A DNA stretch of 64,000 bases, taken from positions 2,383 to 66,382 of the forward strand of contig JAODBC010000003.1 of NCBI GenBank assembly GCA_025463765.1, given 5' to 3'. The stretch's first letter is position 1. Every line of letters starts with the position of its first letter. This DNA comes from Subtercola sp. Lineage in GTDB: Bacteria > Actinomycetota > Actinomycetes > Actinomycetales > Microbacteriaceae. Below, in pieces: positions 1-9,379 of the stretch. A program made the position numbers and the translations under genes. Below the pieces are notes generated by a model. It saw only the letters and a list, made by a program, of their open reading frames with translations, had not been told where the DNA came from and searched no databases.

Positions 1-2
1 CA

Positions 3-3000
3 GGAATTGCTGACCGGTGTCCACGCTCCGGTGAGGTTCTGCAGCGAGTCATAGCTGTAGCACTGCGTGTCGGTCTTCGCGCTGCCCGATGTCGAGACCG
101 ACGTGACGTTGCCGCCGTTATCGTGGGTGTAGATGCGCTGGGCCTGCATGGTGTCGACGCCACGGGTCATGGTGTCGTCAGCGATATTCGCGATCTGCCC
201 GTTCGCGTCGTCGTAGCCGTACCCGGTGAAGTCGGTAGTCGTACCGGATTTTTCGTATTGGGAGACTTGGCCGAGCGCGTTGTAGTAGACGCCGGCGTAG
301 TCATCGATGCCCCAGCTACCGGTCAGTTTGCCGAGAGAGTCGTAGGTGAACTGCAACAGTTCGTCAGCGATGCCGCCGACCTTCGGGTAGGTCTTATCGG
401 CCAGGGCACCATCGACGTAGTAGTCCATGCCGGTCGTATAACTTGTGCCACCGAACGCCGTCGCACCGGTCGGGATGGTGATCGTGTCGCCCGCGGGATC
501 GTAGAGGCCGTCGTATCCGGTGACGGTGTCTGTATAAGCCAACCCTGGATGCCCGGTCGTCGACCCGGTGTAGCTGGCGGAGGAGGCGAGTTGGCCTTTA
601 CCGCCGGGTGCGGTGTCGTACGCCCAGGTGGCGAGCTGGATGCCCGCGGTTCCTGCGGCGCCCTGGTACTGACCGGTCCTTCGGTTGAGCGTGTCGTATG
701 TGTAGGCGAGGGTGATGCCGGGGTTGTCGGTGCTGGTGAGCTGATTCCCTGCGAGGTCGTAGGTCGAGGTGGTGGTTCCGGCGTCGGGGTCGACGGCCTT
801 GATCTGGTGGCCGAGAGCATCGAACGCCCACGACCACTTGTTTCCGGCTGGGTCGGACATCGAGGCCATGTTGCCCTGCGGATCGTACGTGTACGTCGTT
901 GCCTGTTGAGTGCCGCTGATACCCGCGGACTGGTGCTGAACCAGTTTCGTTTTCTGCCCGAGCGCGTTCGTGAACGTGCTCGTCGGGGTGCCGCCAGCGG
1001 GTGGCACGACGTCGACACGGTCAGCGCCCGGGTACGAGGTAGTCGTGCGGTATCGCTCTTTGACGTTCTGGTCGAGAATTGTGGCCGTGGTCCGCCCGGC
1101 GCCGTCGTATTGTGTGAGGATTTCGGAAGCGATCTCCGACTCGCTGTACGGCGCGAACAACGTTGCGGATGCGGCGGAAGAGGTCTCCCAATACGGGTTG
1201 TTCTTCATGTACACGCGCCCGGCAGGATCGTAGGCGGTGTCGCTGATGAGGGTGCCGCCGTAGGTCGATGCTTGGGTTTGCACGGGCCTACCGAGGCCGT
1301 CGTAGAGGATGTACTGCTCGACAGGCGAGTTGGCCGTGATCGTTGTGGTCGCTACCGCGTTGGGTGAGGTCTGGGAGAGCGTGTAGGCGTAGGAGATCGA
1401 TGGCCCGGAAGGGTTGTCGGCTTGCGGCCAGCCGGGCAGCCAGACCGCGGCGCGGCGGCCGAGAGCGTCGTAAGTTGCGGTGGTGACGTTGCCGTTCTGA
1501 TCCGTGGCCGAGGTTTCCGCACCCCAGGCCGGGTTGAGGGTTTCGGTGGTCGTCCAGCCGACCGGGTTTGTCGTTGCGGTCGCGGTCGTTGCGCCGGAGC
1601 CTGCAGGAGCCCCGGCGGCGGGTGTGTAACTCGTTGACGTGGTGTGCCCGAGAATGTCGGTGCTGCTGGTGGCTCGGCCCATAGTGTCGTAGCTGGTTTT
1701 ACCCGATGTGCTCCACACGGCGGTCGCAGCGGAGGTTCCCGCGTAGGAGGAAACGGCATCCGTTTGGGTGGCGTCACCCTTGGTCGGTGCGGCGCCGAAG
1801 GCCTGGTTGTCATACGACGTGCGGGTGTCGGAGATCGCTGCCGCCGAATACGTGGCTGACGGGACATCGGGGCAGGCGACCCCGACTTTTGCGGTTTCGT
1901 CGGGCAGCCCGATCAGCCACGCGGTAGTGTTCACGGGCGAGTAGCCGGTGGTGGTGCAACTCGAGCTCGCGTCGGACGGAACGGTGCTGACCGTGAGCGG
2001 CAGCCCGTACATGCCGTCGTAGCTTGTGGTGGTGTCGGTGGTTCGGTTCCCGCCGGTCGAGAGTGGTTCCGTGACGACGGATTCCTGTTCTCCGGTCATC
2101 CGCGCCGCGACGGTGCCGTCGTTCGCGGTGACTCCGGATGCCCAGGGGGTGTTGACCGTGTCGGAGACGACTGCACCGCCGACCCCGTTCAGCACCTTCG
2201 TTTCTCGGGTGGTGCCGGCGAACCACAGCGAGTCCTTGACGGAGCCGCCGGTCACGTTGACGCTCTTGGTGCCGCCGGTGGTGTCCGCGCGATCACCATC
2301 CATGCCCTGGTAGAAGGTGTAGTCGGTTGCGGTGTTGCCGACTCGGATCTCGACAGAGCTGTACCCGGCATATTGCGACCACGTCTTGTGCGTATCGGGA
2401 GTCAGCGGCGAGGTGTCGTATCGCCACGCGGGGGTGCCGGTGTAGACGTAGTCGGTCTCTTGCGGCCGGTCGTAGCCGCCGCCAGTTCGGGGGTCGGCGA
2501 GCACCGATGTCACCACGTATTTGTGAAACAGATCTTCTTTCGTCGCTGAGGGTGGGGTGACTTGCGGTGTCCACCATTGAGGGAAGCACCTGCTCGTGTT
2601 CGACTGCGGTGCCGCTTCGATCGCGGCGGCACCGGCGGGGGTGCATTGCTGGGCGGAGTAGTTCACTCCGATCGCGGCCCCAGTCGAGGTGGTAATCGCA
2701 CTGATGCGCCACTTGTACAACGGCGCGAGCCCGTCGATGACCCACACCCGGTTCTGCATGGACGTGCCCGCGAACGTCGTCGTCGGCTCAGAAAGCGAGG
2801 CACCCCCGGAGTACCCGGTATGCGCGATCTGCGTCAGCCACAGCGCGGCGTTCGTTCCGTCGCCCGGGGCGGGGAAGGAGTGCCCGAGGGTCCAGACATT
2901 CACTTTCTGGTAGCTGCCGCCGGTGAGCGCCTGGGTGGTGATCGTGTCGAGCATCCCGTTGGTCCAGAACGTCGGCGACACCAGGTTCGGGCATGACGTG

Positions 3001-4769
3001 CCGGTGCAGTACTGATCGAACGGCACATCCGGGTAAAAGGTCGGATGCGCAGGCGCCGTTGCGGCGCCGGTGATCGGTTCCGTGGTGCAGGAGACGTGGG
3101 TGGTATCGGAGCAGCGCCCGTACTGGTCGTACCCGAAAGTGACACGGTCGGACGCGTCGTTCGTTGCGTAGATGTTGTTCGCGGTGAGGCCATAGTCGAT
3201 GTGATCCAACTGACCACCACGAATGTACGACGCGGAACTAGTGCCGCTTTGAGCGTATTTGTTGGTCTCCGCGTTGTAGTAGAGCGCTTCAGCGTTGTTG
3301 TGCACGTCGACGACGTAGTCGAGGTTCCATCGCCACGCCTGCGCGCACGCGGACGCCGTGAACGTGGCGGCGTGGCACGGCTCACCGGCATCGTTACCGA
3401 ACACCGGCACAGTCCACGTCGAGTTCGCTGCTGGCCTGCCCGCGGTAAAGCCGGGGAGCTCGTTCAAGCCGAAGTAGTACTGGGTGCCGTCGCGGGTGGT
3501 GAGCCGCCAGCAGTCGGTGTCGTAGGTGCCGTTCGCCGAGCATCCTGCGGCAGTGCCGACGAGGTGCTCGATGCGGGAACCGTCGTCGGACTGCAGCTTC
3601 CACACCCCAGTCGTGGCATCTTTGACGAGCTGCCCAGTGTGACCGCCGAGGGAAAGGGTGGCGTTGTCGGTTTTCCAGCACAGATCACCCGAGGTCGTCA
3701 CGGGGCCGGATGCGCCGTCGTCTTGGGCGCAGGAGACGTAGGTGCGTTCGATGAACCCGCTGCCACCCAAAGACCAGCCGTCACCGATGGCGGACGGCTG
3801 ATTGTTCGACGACCCGGTCTCACCGTCGACGGACTGCGAGTCGTAGGTCAGATTCACGCTCGGCGCGGGCCCGGCTGCGGCTGGCGGCACGGCCATCGGG
3901 TACGACCAGGAGAAGTCACCGGTCTGCGCTGATACATCCCACGACGACGATGGCTTCAGCGGGGTGGCGGAGAACGATCCGGTGCCAGCCGAGGATATCG
4001 GTGTCGTGAGCGGCGCGAGGAAGATGGGCCTCTTCGTCACCGTCGGGGTGAGAACGATGGCGTCATCGGTCGTGTCAGCGAGCGTGCCGACGGGGGTCTG
4101 CGCCGTCTGGTCGCCGGTGGCGGCGTCGACGGCAACCTCGACCCATCGAGTTCGGGAGGCGAAATCCGAACCATATAGGCCATCCAGCAGGCCGTTCGGT
4201 ATGAGCACGGCCACCGGGGCCGCGTTGTCGTTGTCGTCGGTTCGGGTCAGTTCCAGAACGGGGCCGGTGAAGCCGTGAGCGGTCGCGGTCTGCTGGTCGG
4301 TGATCGTTGCCGAGAGCGACTGCACCGGCTGAACCGCCTGAGCCGGGTCGCCTGCGGGCGCGGCGATCGAAGCTTGTGGGGTATCTGCTGCGATTGTGGT
4401 CGCCGGTGCGATGCTGATACCGGTCGCGCCCACGGCAGCCCAGGCGCCGGCGGTCGTCACGGAGGGTGCACCACTGCTGCCAACGATCGTGACCGGTGCC
4501 GAAGTGGCACTGGCCGGCGTGGCAACCGCGAAGGTTGCTGCTGCGAGGGTCGGCGAGTCTGTCGTCGGTGCGGTCGTTGATGACAGCGGTGTATCGCCAG
4601 CGCCGAGCGCCGAAGCAGGCCCACCGGGAACCGGAACGCCAAGAGAGGGCGCGGGGTAGCTCGCTGCCTCCGCACCGAGGGCGCCGATCCCAGTGAGTGT
4701 CGCCGCGACGACCGCGATGCTCATCCCCAGCGCAGTGGTTCGTCTCAGTCGGCGGGTGTGTGGTGCCAT
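3..4769 (-). CDS. Secreted RHS/YD-repeat protein (polymorphic toxin-type); partial, C-terminus lies beyond the left edge
   Basis: Manually translated segments: start MAPHTRRLRRTTALGMSIAVVAATLTGIG (signal peptide); ATPLKPSSSWDVSAQTGDFSWSYPMAVPPAAAGPAPSVNLTYDSQSVDGETGSSNNQPSAIGDGW (typical actinobacterial RHS N-region); DTQCYSYDSLQNLTGAWT at the edge. All are in one frame, and the ORF track lists no stop-terminated ORF in that frame. Confidence 0.92.
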   Translation of the reverse strand, partial: MAPHTRRLRRTTALGMSIAVVAATLTGIGALGAEAASYPAPSLGVPVPGGPASALGAGDTPLSSTTAPTTDSPTLAAATFAVATPASATSAPVTIVGSSGAPSVTTAGAWAAVGATGISIAPATTIAADTPQASIAAPAGDPAQAVQPVQSLSATITDQQTATAHGFTGPVLELTRTDDNDNAAPVAVLIPNGLLDGLYGSDFASRTRWVEVAVDAATGDQTAQTPVGTLADTTDDAIVLTPTVTKRPIFLAPLTTPISSAGTGSFSATPLKPSSSWDVSAQTGDFSWSYPMAVPPAAAGPAPSVNLTYDSQSVDGETGSSNNQPSAIGDGWSLGGSGFIERTYVSCAQDDGASGPVTTSGDLCWKTDNATLSLGGHTGQLVKDATTGVWKLQSDDGSRIEHLVGTAAGCSANGTYDTDCWRLTTRDGTQYYFGLNELPGFTAGRPAANSTWTVPVFGNDAGEPCHAATFTASACAQAWRWNLDYVVDVHNNAEALYYNAETNKYAQSGTSSASYIRGGQLDHIDYGLTANNIYATNDASDRVTFGYDQYGRCSDTTHVSCTTEPITGAATAPAHPTFYPDVPFDQYCTGTSCPNLVSPTFWTNGMLDTITTQALTGGSYQKVNVWTLGHSFPAPGDGTNAALWLTQIAHTGYSGGASLSEPTTTFAGTSMQNRVWVIDGLAPLYKWRISAITTSTGAAIGVNYSAQQCTPAGAAAIEAAPQSNTSRCFPQWWTPQVTPPSATKEDLFHKYVVTSVLADPRTGGGYDRPQETDYVYTGTPAWRYDTSPLTPDTHKTWSQYAGYSSVEIRVGNTATDYTFYQGMDGDRADTTGGTKSVNVTGGSVKDSLWFAGTTRETKVLNGVGGAVVSDTVNTPWASGVTANDGTVAARMTGEQESVVTEPLSTGGNRTTDTTTSYDGMYGLPLTVSTVPSDASSSCTTTGYSPVNTTAWLIGLPDETAKVGVACPDVPSATYSAAAISDTRTSYDNQAFGAAPTKGDATQTDAVSSYAGTSAATAVWSTSGKTSYDTMGRATSSTDILGHTTSTSYTPAAGAPAGSGATTATATTNPVGWTTTETLNPAWGAETSATDQNGNVTTATYDALGRRAAVWLPGWPQADNPSGPSISYAYTLSQTSPNAVATTTITANSPVEQYILYDGLGRPVQTQASTYGGTLISDTAYDPAGRVYMKNNPYWETSSAASATLFAPYSESEIASEILTQYDGAGRTTATILDQNVKERYRTTTSYPGADRVDVVPPAGGTPTSTFTNALGQKTKLVQHQSAGISGTQQATTYTYDPQGNMASMSDPAGNKWSWAFDALGHQIKAVDPDAGTTTSTYDLAGNQLTSTDNPGITLAYTYDTLNRRTGQYQGAAGTAGIQLATWAYDTAPGGKGQLASSASYTGSTTGHPGLAYTDTVTGYDGLYDPAGDTITIPTGATAFGGTSYTTGMDYYVDGALADKTYPKVGGIADELLQFTYDSLGKLTGSWGIDDYAGVYYNALGQVSQYEKSGTTTDFTGYGYDDANGQIANIADDTMTRGVDTMQAQRIYTHDNGGNVTSVSTSGSAKTDTQCYSYDSLQNLTGAWTPVSNS

Positions 4770-4804
4770 GGTAGTGCCTCTCACGTAACGGGTGCTGCGG
4801 TGCA

Positions 4805-7800
4805 TCAGGAGATTGGGTGGAGCAGGGCGAGGGATCTCAGTTGGCTACCGTCAATGACGCCTTGGAACGCGACAGGGTCGTCGATCTCGCCGTCCCATTG
4901 GTTGTCGGGGCTGCCGTCAGACATCGCCGAGCCCACCGTGAGCGCCGAGGTGGCAGAAACTTCACCTGGTGGGAGCACGTGAGTGGTGACCGAGGTGGCG
5001 TCGGAGGGCGCGCTGTTGTTACCGATGAGAAGTCGGACTTCCTGGTTGACTGAGTCCCAGACACCGGTGACCATGACCCATTTGCCTGCCGGGGCTGCCG
5101 TGGCAGATGCAGCGCAGTCCACCACGTCGGTGCCGGTTTGCGTTCTGACGCAGAACCGCCAGTATCCGCCGTTCGCCTTTTGCAGGTAGAAAGCGGAATT
5201 CGCGTTCGTACTGGAACCGTTTTCTGACATCGCGGTGTAGTTGCCCATGGCGAGATTTGCGGCGTCGAGCTTCACCCACGTCGAAACGGTGAAACTCCGA
5301 GTGGTGTCCAGTGCCCGAGCGGGTGTCAACACCGCTGGCGTGGCACCGTTACTGTTCGTGGTGACGGTCGGTGCGATGGCGGCGAAGTATCCGAGCACGT
5401 AGTCGACGGTCCAGCCCATGCAGTTCGCTGTCGCTGAGTCGAAGTGATGACCGTTGACCGGAACGGAGCAGCGATAAACGGGGGCGACCGGTACTCCGGA
5501 AGGCAGCGACGCTGCCGTCGGCCAGAGGTAGCCCATTCCGACGCCGGTGACACCGGTGCCCTCGCAATCCGGGCGAGTGGTCGTCATGTCGCCGGTGCCC
5601 GGCAGTGCGCAGGAGTAGAACTCCTGCATACCCGGGTGCGCACTGGCCAGCGGAACATACTGGCCAAGGGCAGCTTCGAAGCTGTAGCCCGGCGGCGCGA
5701 ACCCGTCGGAGTACGCGGCGTCATAGACGCCGTTGTAATACCGGTCGAGTTCGAGGTACCCGGGCAGGGTGATCACCGGATGCTTCGTGGCCGGCGTGGT
5801 GAGCACGTGGTCGGTGCCCGTGACGTTCGTGCCGACGCCGATCCGCAGAAACTTCTGCGCCGAGAGCCCCGTACCAGGGGTGCTGTTCTTGTCGGGAATC
5901 GAGTCGCCGAACGCGGTCAGCGATTCCATCGGCCATTGATGGCCGGCCGCGGCCGTCACGTTGGTCGTGTCAGGGTTCGCGGTGATGGTGATCCCGGCCG
6001 TGCTGGGTTGGGCAGAGGTTGTCGATGCGTTTCCGGCGGCGTCGAAACTGATCACCCACAAGGTCGACTTCTCATCCCGCGGTGCAACGGTCAGCAAGGG
6101 CGAGTTTCCTGCACCGTCGGCACAGGAATAGCGCACGCCTGCTGAGGGTGCCCGAGTGCAAGAGGGTGCTGCGCCGAGCGTGGGAAGCGGTGGGTTCTTC
6201 GCGGTGGAAGTGTCGCTGGTCCACCAGTACGCGAACGTCGCGATGTGATCTGCCGGGTTGGCGGTGAACTGCACGCTCATCGGCTGGCCGACTGTGTATG
6301 GAGCCGGCGACGTTGGATGCAGCACCGGAAGGGCGGGTGCGGTGTTATCGACCGTGAAGTAACACGTGGCACTCATCGCCCCCCAGTCGATGGTGTCTTG
6401 CGATTGCGCCCGCCAGGCATAGTGACCGTCGGGGAGCGACACCGGTACGACCGCGGTCGTCATGCCCTCGGGCCCGAGCGGGGTGCCGATGAAACCCCAG
6501 CCGAGAGGAGCGAGCGGATTCGCGCCGGTGTCAATATTTGTGAGAAAGAACGCTGTACCCAGGTTATGGCCATCGGGGTCAGACGTGTTGGCCCGCAGCG
6601 AGATCGAGTTCGATTGAGAACCGTTTACAAACACTTGATCCGGGCCGGCAGCACAGCCGCGTGGCGGAGACGCGATCGACATCGTATTCGGCGCAGACGG
6701 CGTGGTGTTGTAGTCCACGGTCAGTGATGCGTCTGTCGCATAGTGCTTGCGGGTTGTGGGGTCGGATTCGTTCGCGGCACGCAACCCGATCTGGATGTTC
6801 GGCCAGCCGCCTCCCGCTGCGGCCGCCACGGCTTGTGCAGCGTTGAAGCCCATGCCCTGGCCTGCGGCACAACCGCTACCGAAGTTCGCTGATTCGGTAT
6901 CGAAGAGCATGTTCCAAGCGCTTGGTTCCTGATTCCAGGTGAACCCGGGCGCATCGGTGCCCGTGCCGTACAGCCACGCTTGGATCGCTGACGACGTGCA
7001 ACTGTTCGACCACGCAAGGTAGGTGTTCAAGCTGGCACCGAGGATGTGCTTACCGCTCAGCGCTGCAGTGTCGAATTGCCAGAACGCGTGCGACAGGTAG
7101 TTCGGGGACGGGCCGCCGTAGCCGACAGCCTGGATGCCGCCCGAGTTCGCGTTGCCGTTGAGGTAAATCGTGTCGGGGTACGCGCGGTCGGTGAACCAAT
7201 ACGCCTGCGCACCGGTCGACCAGCCCGGGTCTACGTACAGCGGGTAGGTGACATTCTCCGTGCTGACGATGTCGCCGATATTCAACGTCACGTCAGTGCC
7301 CGAAGCCTGCTGGGCGACCGGTCGAGCCTCTTCTGCCCCCGCCGGGGCATCAGCTGTAGAGGTCGACACCTGAGAGTCCCACCACACCGGCGATGACGAC
7401 ACCGTTCCCCTGACGCGAGCCAGGTCGGACGCATCCGCTGGAGGCTGGTCGTCAGGAGTAACGCCCAGCGCCTCCCCGGTGCCGGTCGTGACTGTCGCCC
7501 CAGACAGGCTCAACTTCAGTTGGGCCAAGACGGGGTTCGCAGCCGCTTGCGCGGTTTTCACGATCAGCACTTCGGCCATGCCCGCCGCTGTCGCGCTGAG
7601 CCGCAGATCTACCCCGGGCAGTACCTCCGGGTAGGTGGCGTCGCTGCCATTGATGGTGGGTACAGGCAGTGGGCCGAGCGGCCAGGACTCGGTCAGCCAG
7701 GTTGCGGAATCGACCTGCACCTTGGCCAGTTCATTTGAGCCGCCTTCAGAAAATTCCACCGGCGAAGCTGCAACCCTCGGTGCCCACATGCCGTCGGCGC

Positions 7801-8188
7801 TGGAGCGCAGGTTCGTATCCAGCTGCAGCCACGTTTCACCATGCTCGGCCCGAACGGGCAGGGTGTCTGACTGCAGCGAGAACGACCCGTTCGGTTGCAC
7901 CGAAACCTGCGTCGTGGGCGTGGTTTGAGAGTCGTCAGCGACAGGATGGTTGTACTCTTTCGCGGTCTGCGCGGCCGTCACCGTATCGGGGGCTCGTAGA
8001 GCGTCAGGTACCAGTGGAATTGACGTAGGTGACGGCGTATCGCTTGGCGCGGCGGATGTCGTCGGGGAGGCGGTTTGCTCGACGGGAGAATCGGCGCGTG
8101 CGACGTTCGCCACTGCGAGGATCAGGCTGCCGGCGACGACCGTCGACACGACAGCGACGACAAGCGAACGAGGAGAACCCAAAGTCAC
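4805..8188 (-). CDS. Secreted LamG-like jellyroll domain protein, partner of the RHS gene
   Basis: GTG at 8188 with AAAGGA RBS; signal peptide; YPLYVDP motif; C-terminal LamG (LDTTRSFTVSTWVKL...WVMVTGVWD...WDGEIDD). Confidence 0.85.
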   Translation of the reverse strand: MTLGSPRSLVVAVVSTVVAGSLILAVANVARADSPVEQTASPTTSAAPSDTPSPTSIPLVPDALRAPDTVTAAQTAKEYNHPVADDSQTTPTTQVSVQPNGSFSLQSDTLPVRAEHGETWLQLDTNLRSSADGMWAPRVAASPVEFSEGGSNELAKVQVDSATWLTESWPLGPLPVPTINGSDATYPEVLPGVDLRLSATAAGMAEVLIVKTAQAAANPVLAQLKLSLSGATVTTGTGEALGVTPDDQPPADASDLARVRGTVSSSPVWWDSQVSTSTADAPAGAEEARPVAQQASGTDVTLNIGDIVSTENVTYPLYVDPGWSTGAQAYWFTDRAYPDTIYLNGNANSGGIQAVGYGGPSPNYLSHAFWQFDTAALSGKHILGASLNTYLAWSNSCTSSAIQAWLYGTGTDAPGFTWNQEPSAWNMLFDTESANFGSGCAAGQGMGFNAAQAVAAAAGGGWPNIQIGLRAANESDPTTRKHYATDASLTVDYNTTPSAPNTMSIASPPRGCAAGPDQVFVNGSQSNSISLRANTSDPDGHNLGTAFFLTNIDTGANPLAPLGWGFIGTPLGPEGMTTAVVPVSLPDGHYAWRAQSQDTIDWGAMSATCYFTVDNTAPALPVLHPTSPAPYTVGQPMSVQFTANPADHIATFAYWWTSDTSTAKNPPLPTLGAAPSCTRAPSAGVRYSCADGAGNSPLLTVAPRDEKSTLWVISFDAAGNASTTSAQPSTAGITITANPDTTNVTAAAGHQWPMESLTAFGDSIPDKNSTPGTGLSAQKFLRIGVGTNVTGTDHVLTTPATKHPVITLPGYLELDRYYNGVYDAAYSDGFAPPGYSFEAALGQYVPLASAHPGMQEFYSCALPGTGDMTTTRPDCEGTGVTGVGMGYLWPTAASLPSGVPVAPVYRCSVPVNGHHFDSATANCMGWTVDYVLGYFAAIAPTVTTNSNGATPAVLTPARALDTTRSFTVSTWVKLDAANLAMGNYTAMSENGSSTNANSAFYLQKANGGYWRFCVRTQTGTDVVDCAASATAAPAGKWVMVTGVWDSVNQEVRLLIGNNSAPSDATSVTTHVLPPGEVSATSALTVGSAMSDGSPDNQWDGEIDDPVAFQGVIDGSQLRSLALLHPIS

Positions 8189-8354
8189 ACAATCCTTTAC
8201 CGACCCCCCGGTCTGAGATGGCCCCCAGAGTGGGGCCTCAGGCGAACCTAGAGCATTAACTGAGAAATATCCAGCTTTGGTCTTCTGTGCCCTCGGCGAG
8301 ACAACCTCGTTCGACGCTCGTCGAGCGGGCATCGAGAGCCGCTACATTGGCTGT

Positions 8355-9311
8355 ATGGATGACCAGACGTGGGCACGCACGCCGATCGAACCGCAGAGCG
8401 TCAACGCTCCCCTCTCGACTGCCGCGATCTTTCTCGTGGTCACGATCAACGAGGGTGACGACGCCGCTGCGACGGCTCGCGACGTGATCGCCGACATCGG
8501 CGGCTTGGTGCGCGCGGTCGGCTTTCGCGACCTGGGCGGTCACCTGTCGTGCAACGTGGGAATCGGGGCATCCGCCTGGTCACGCTTCGGCCAGAACTCG
8601 AAACCGGCCCAGCTCGACCGATTTCATGCGATTCCCGGGTACAAGCACACGGCGCCGGCCACTGCCGGCGACCTGCTCTTTCACATCAGGGGTGAACGCA
8701 CCGACCAGTGCTTCGAGTTCGAACGACTGCTGCTCGGTAAGCTCGGCTCTGCAGTGAAGGTCGAAGACGAGGTGCAGGGCTTCCGCTACTTCGACTCGCG
8801 CGATCTGCTCGGATTCGTCGACGGAACAGAGAACCCCACTGGCGCCTCGATGATGCAGGCGTCGCTGATCGGCGACGAAGACCCCGACTTCGCCGGCGGC
8901 AGTTACGTGGTGGTGCAGAAGTACCTGCACGATCTGACGGCCTGGGGCACCCTCAGCACCGAGCAGCAAGAGGCCATCATCGGCCGCACCAAGGCCGACA
9001 ACGTCGAGCTCGATGATGACGCCGCGCCGCGCAAGTCGCACAAGTCGCTGAACACCATCGTCGACGAGCAGGGCGTCGAGCACGACATTCTGCGCGACAA
9101 CATGCCGTTCGGGCGGCCGGGTCAGGGTGAGTTCGGTACGTACTTCATCGGATACGCGAAGAATCTCTGGGTCATCGACCACATGCTGCGGCGCATGTTC
9201 ATCGGCGACCCGGTGGGCGACTACGACCGCATTCTCGATTTTTCGACCGCGGTGACGGGGTCGACGTACTTCGTTCCCTCGAACGACGTGCTCGAGGGCC
9301 TGGCCCCGTGA
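8355..9311 (+). CDS. Dyp-type (dye-decolorizing) peroxidase
   Basis: GFVDG (GxxDG), GGSYVVVQKYLHD, SH proximal His, ILRDNMPFG; TACATT -10 lies 6 nt before ATG 8355. Confidence 0.93.
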   Translation: MDDQTWARTPIEPQSVNAPLSTAAIFLVVTINEGDDAAATARDVIADIGGLVRAVGFRDLGGHLSCNVGIGASAWSRFGQNSKPAQLDRFHAIPGYKHTAPATAGDLLFHIRGERTDQCFEFERLLLGKLGSAVKVEDEVQGFRYFDSRDLLGFVDGTENPTGASMMQASLIGDEDPDFAGGSYVVVQKYLHDLTAWGTLSTEQQEAIIGRTKADNVELDDDAAPRKSHKSLNTIVDEQGVEHDILRDNMPFGRPGQGEFGTYFIGYAKNLWVIDHMLRRMFIGDPVGDYDRILDFSTAVTGSTYFVPSNDVLEGLAP

Positions 9312-9379
9312 TCGGGAGGCGCTTAGCGCTTGCCGAACGTCGAGCTTAGCGTCAGCTTCAGCGCACTAAACTCCTCAAC

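Noticed and set aside
123-3932. Plus-strand ORFs 123-1367, 3045-3932 and others
   Set aside because: Antisense shadows of the RHS gene in high-GC DNA; no recognisable motifs.
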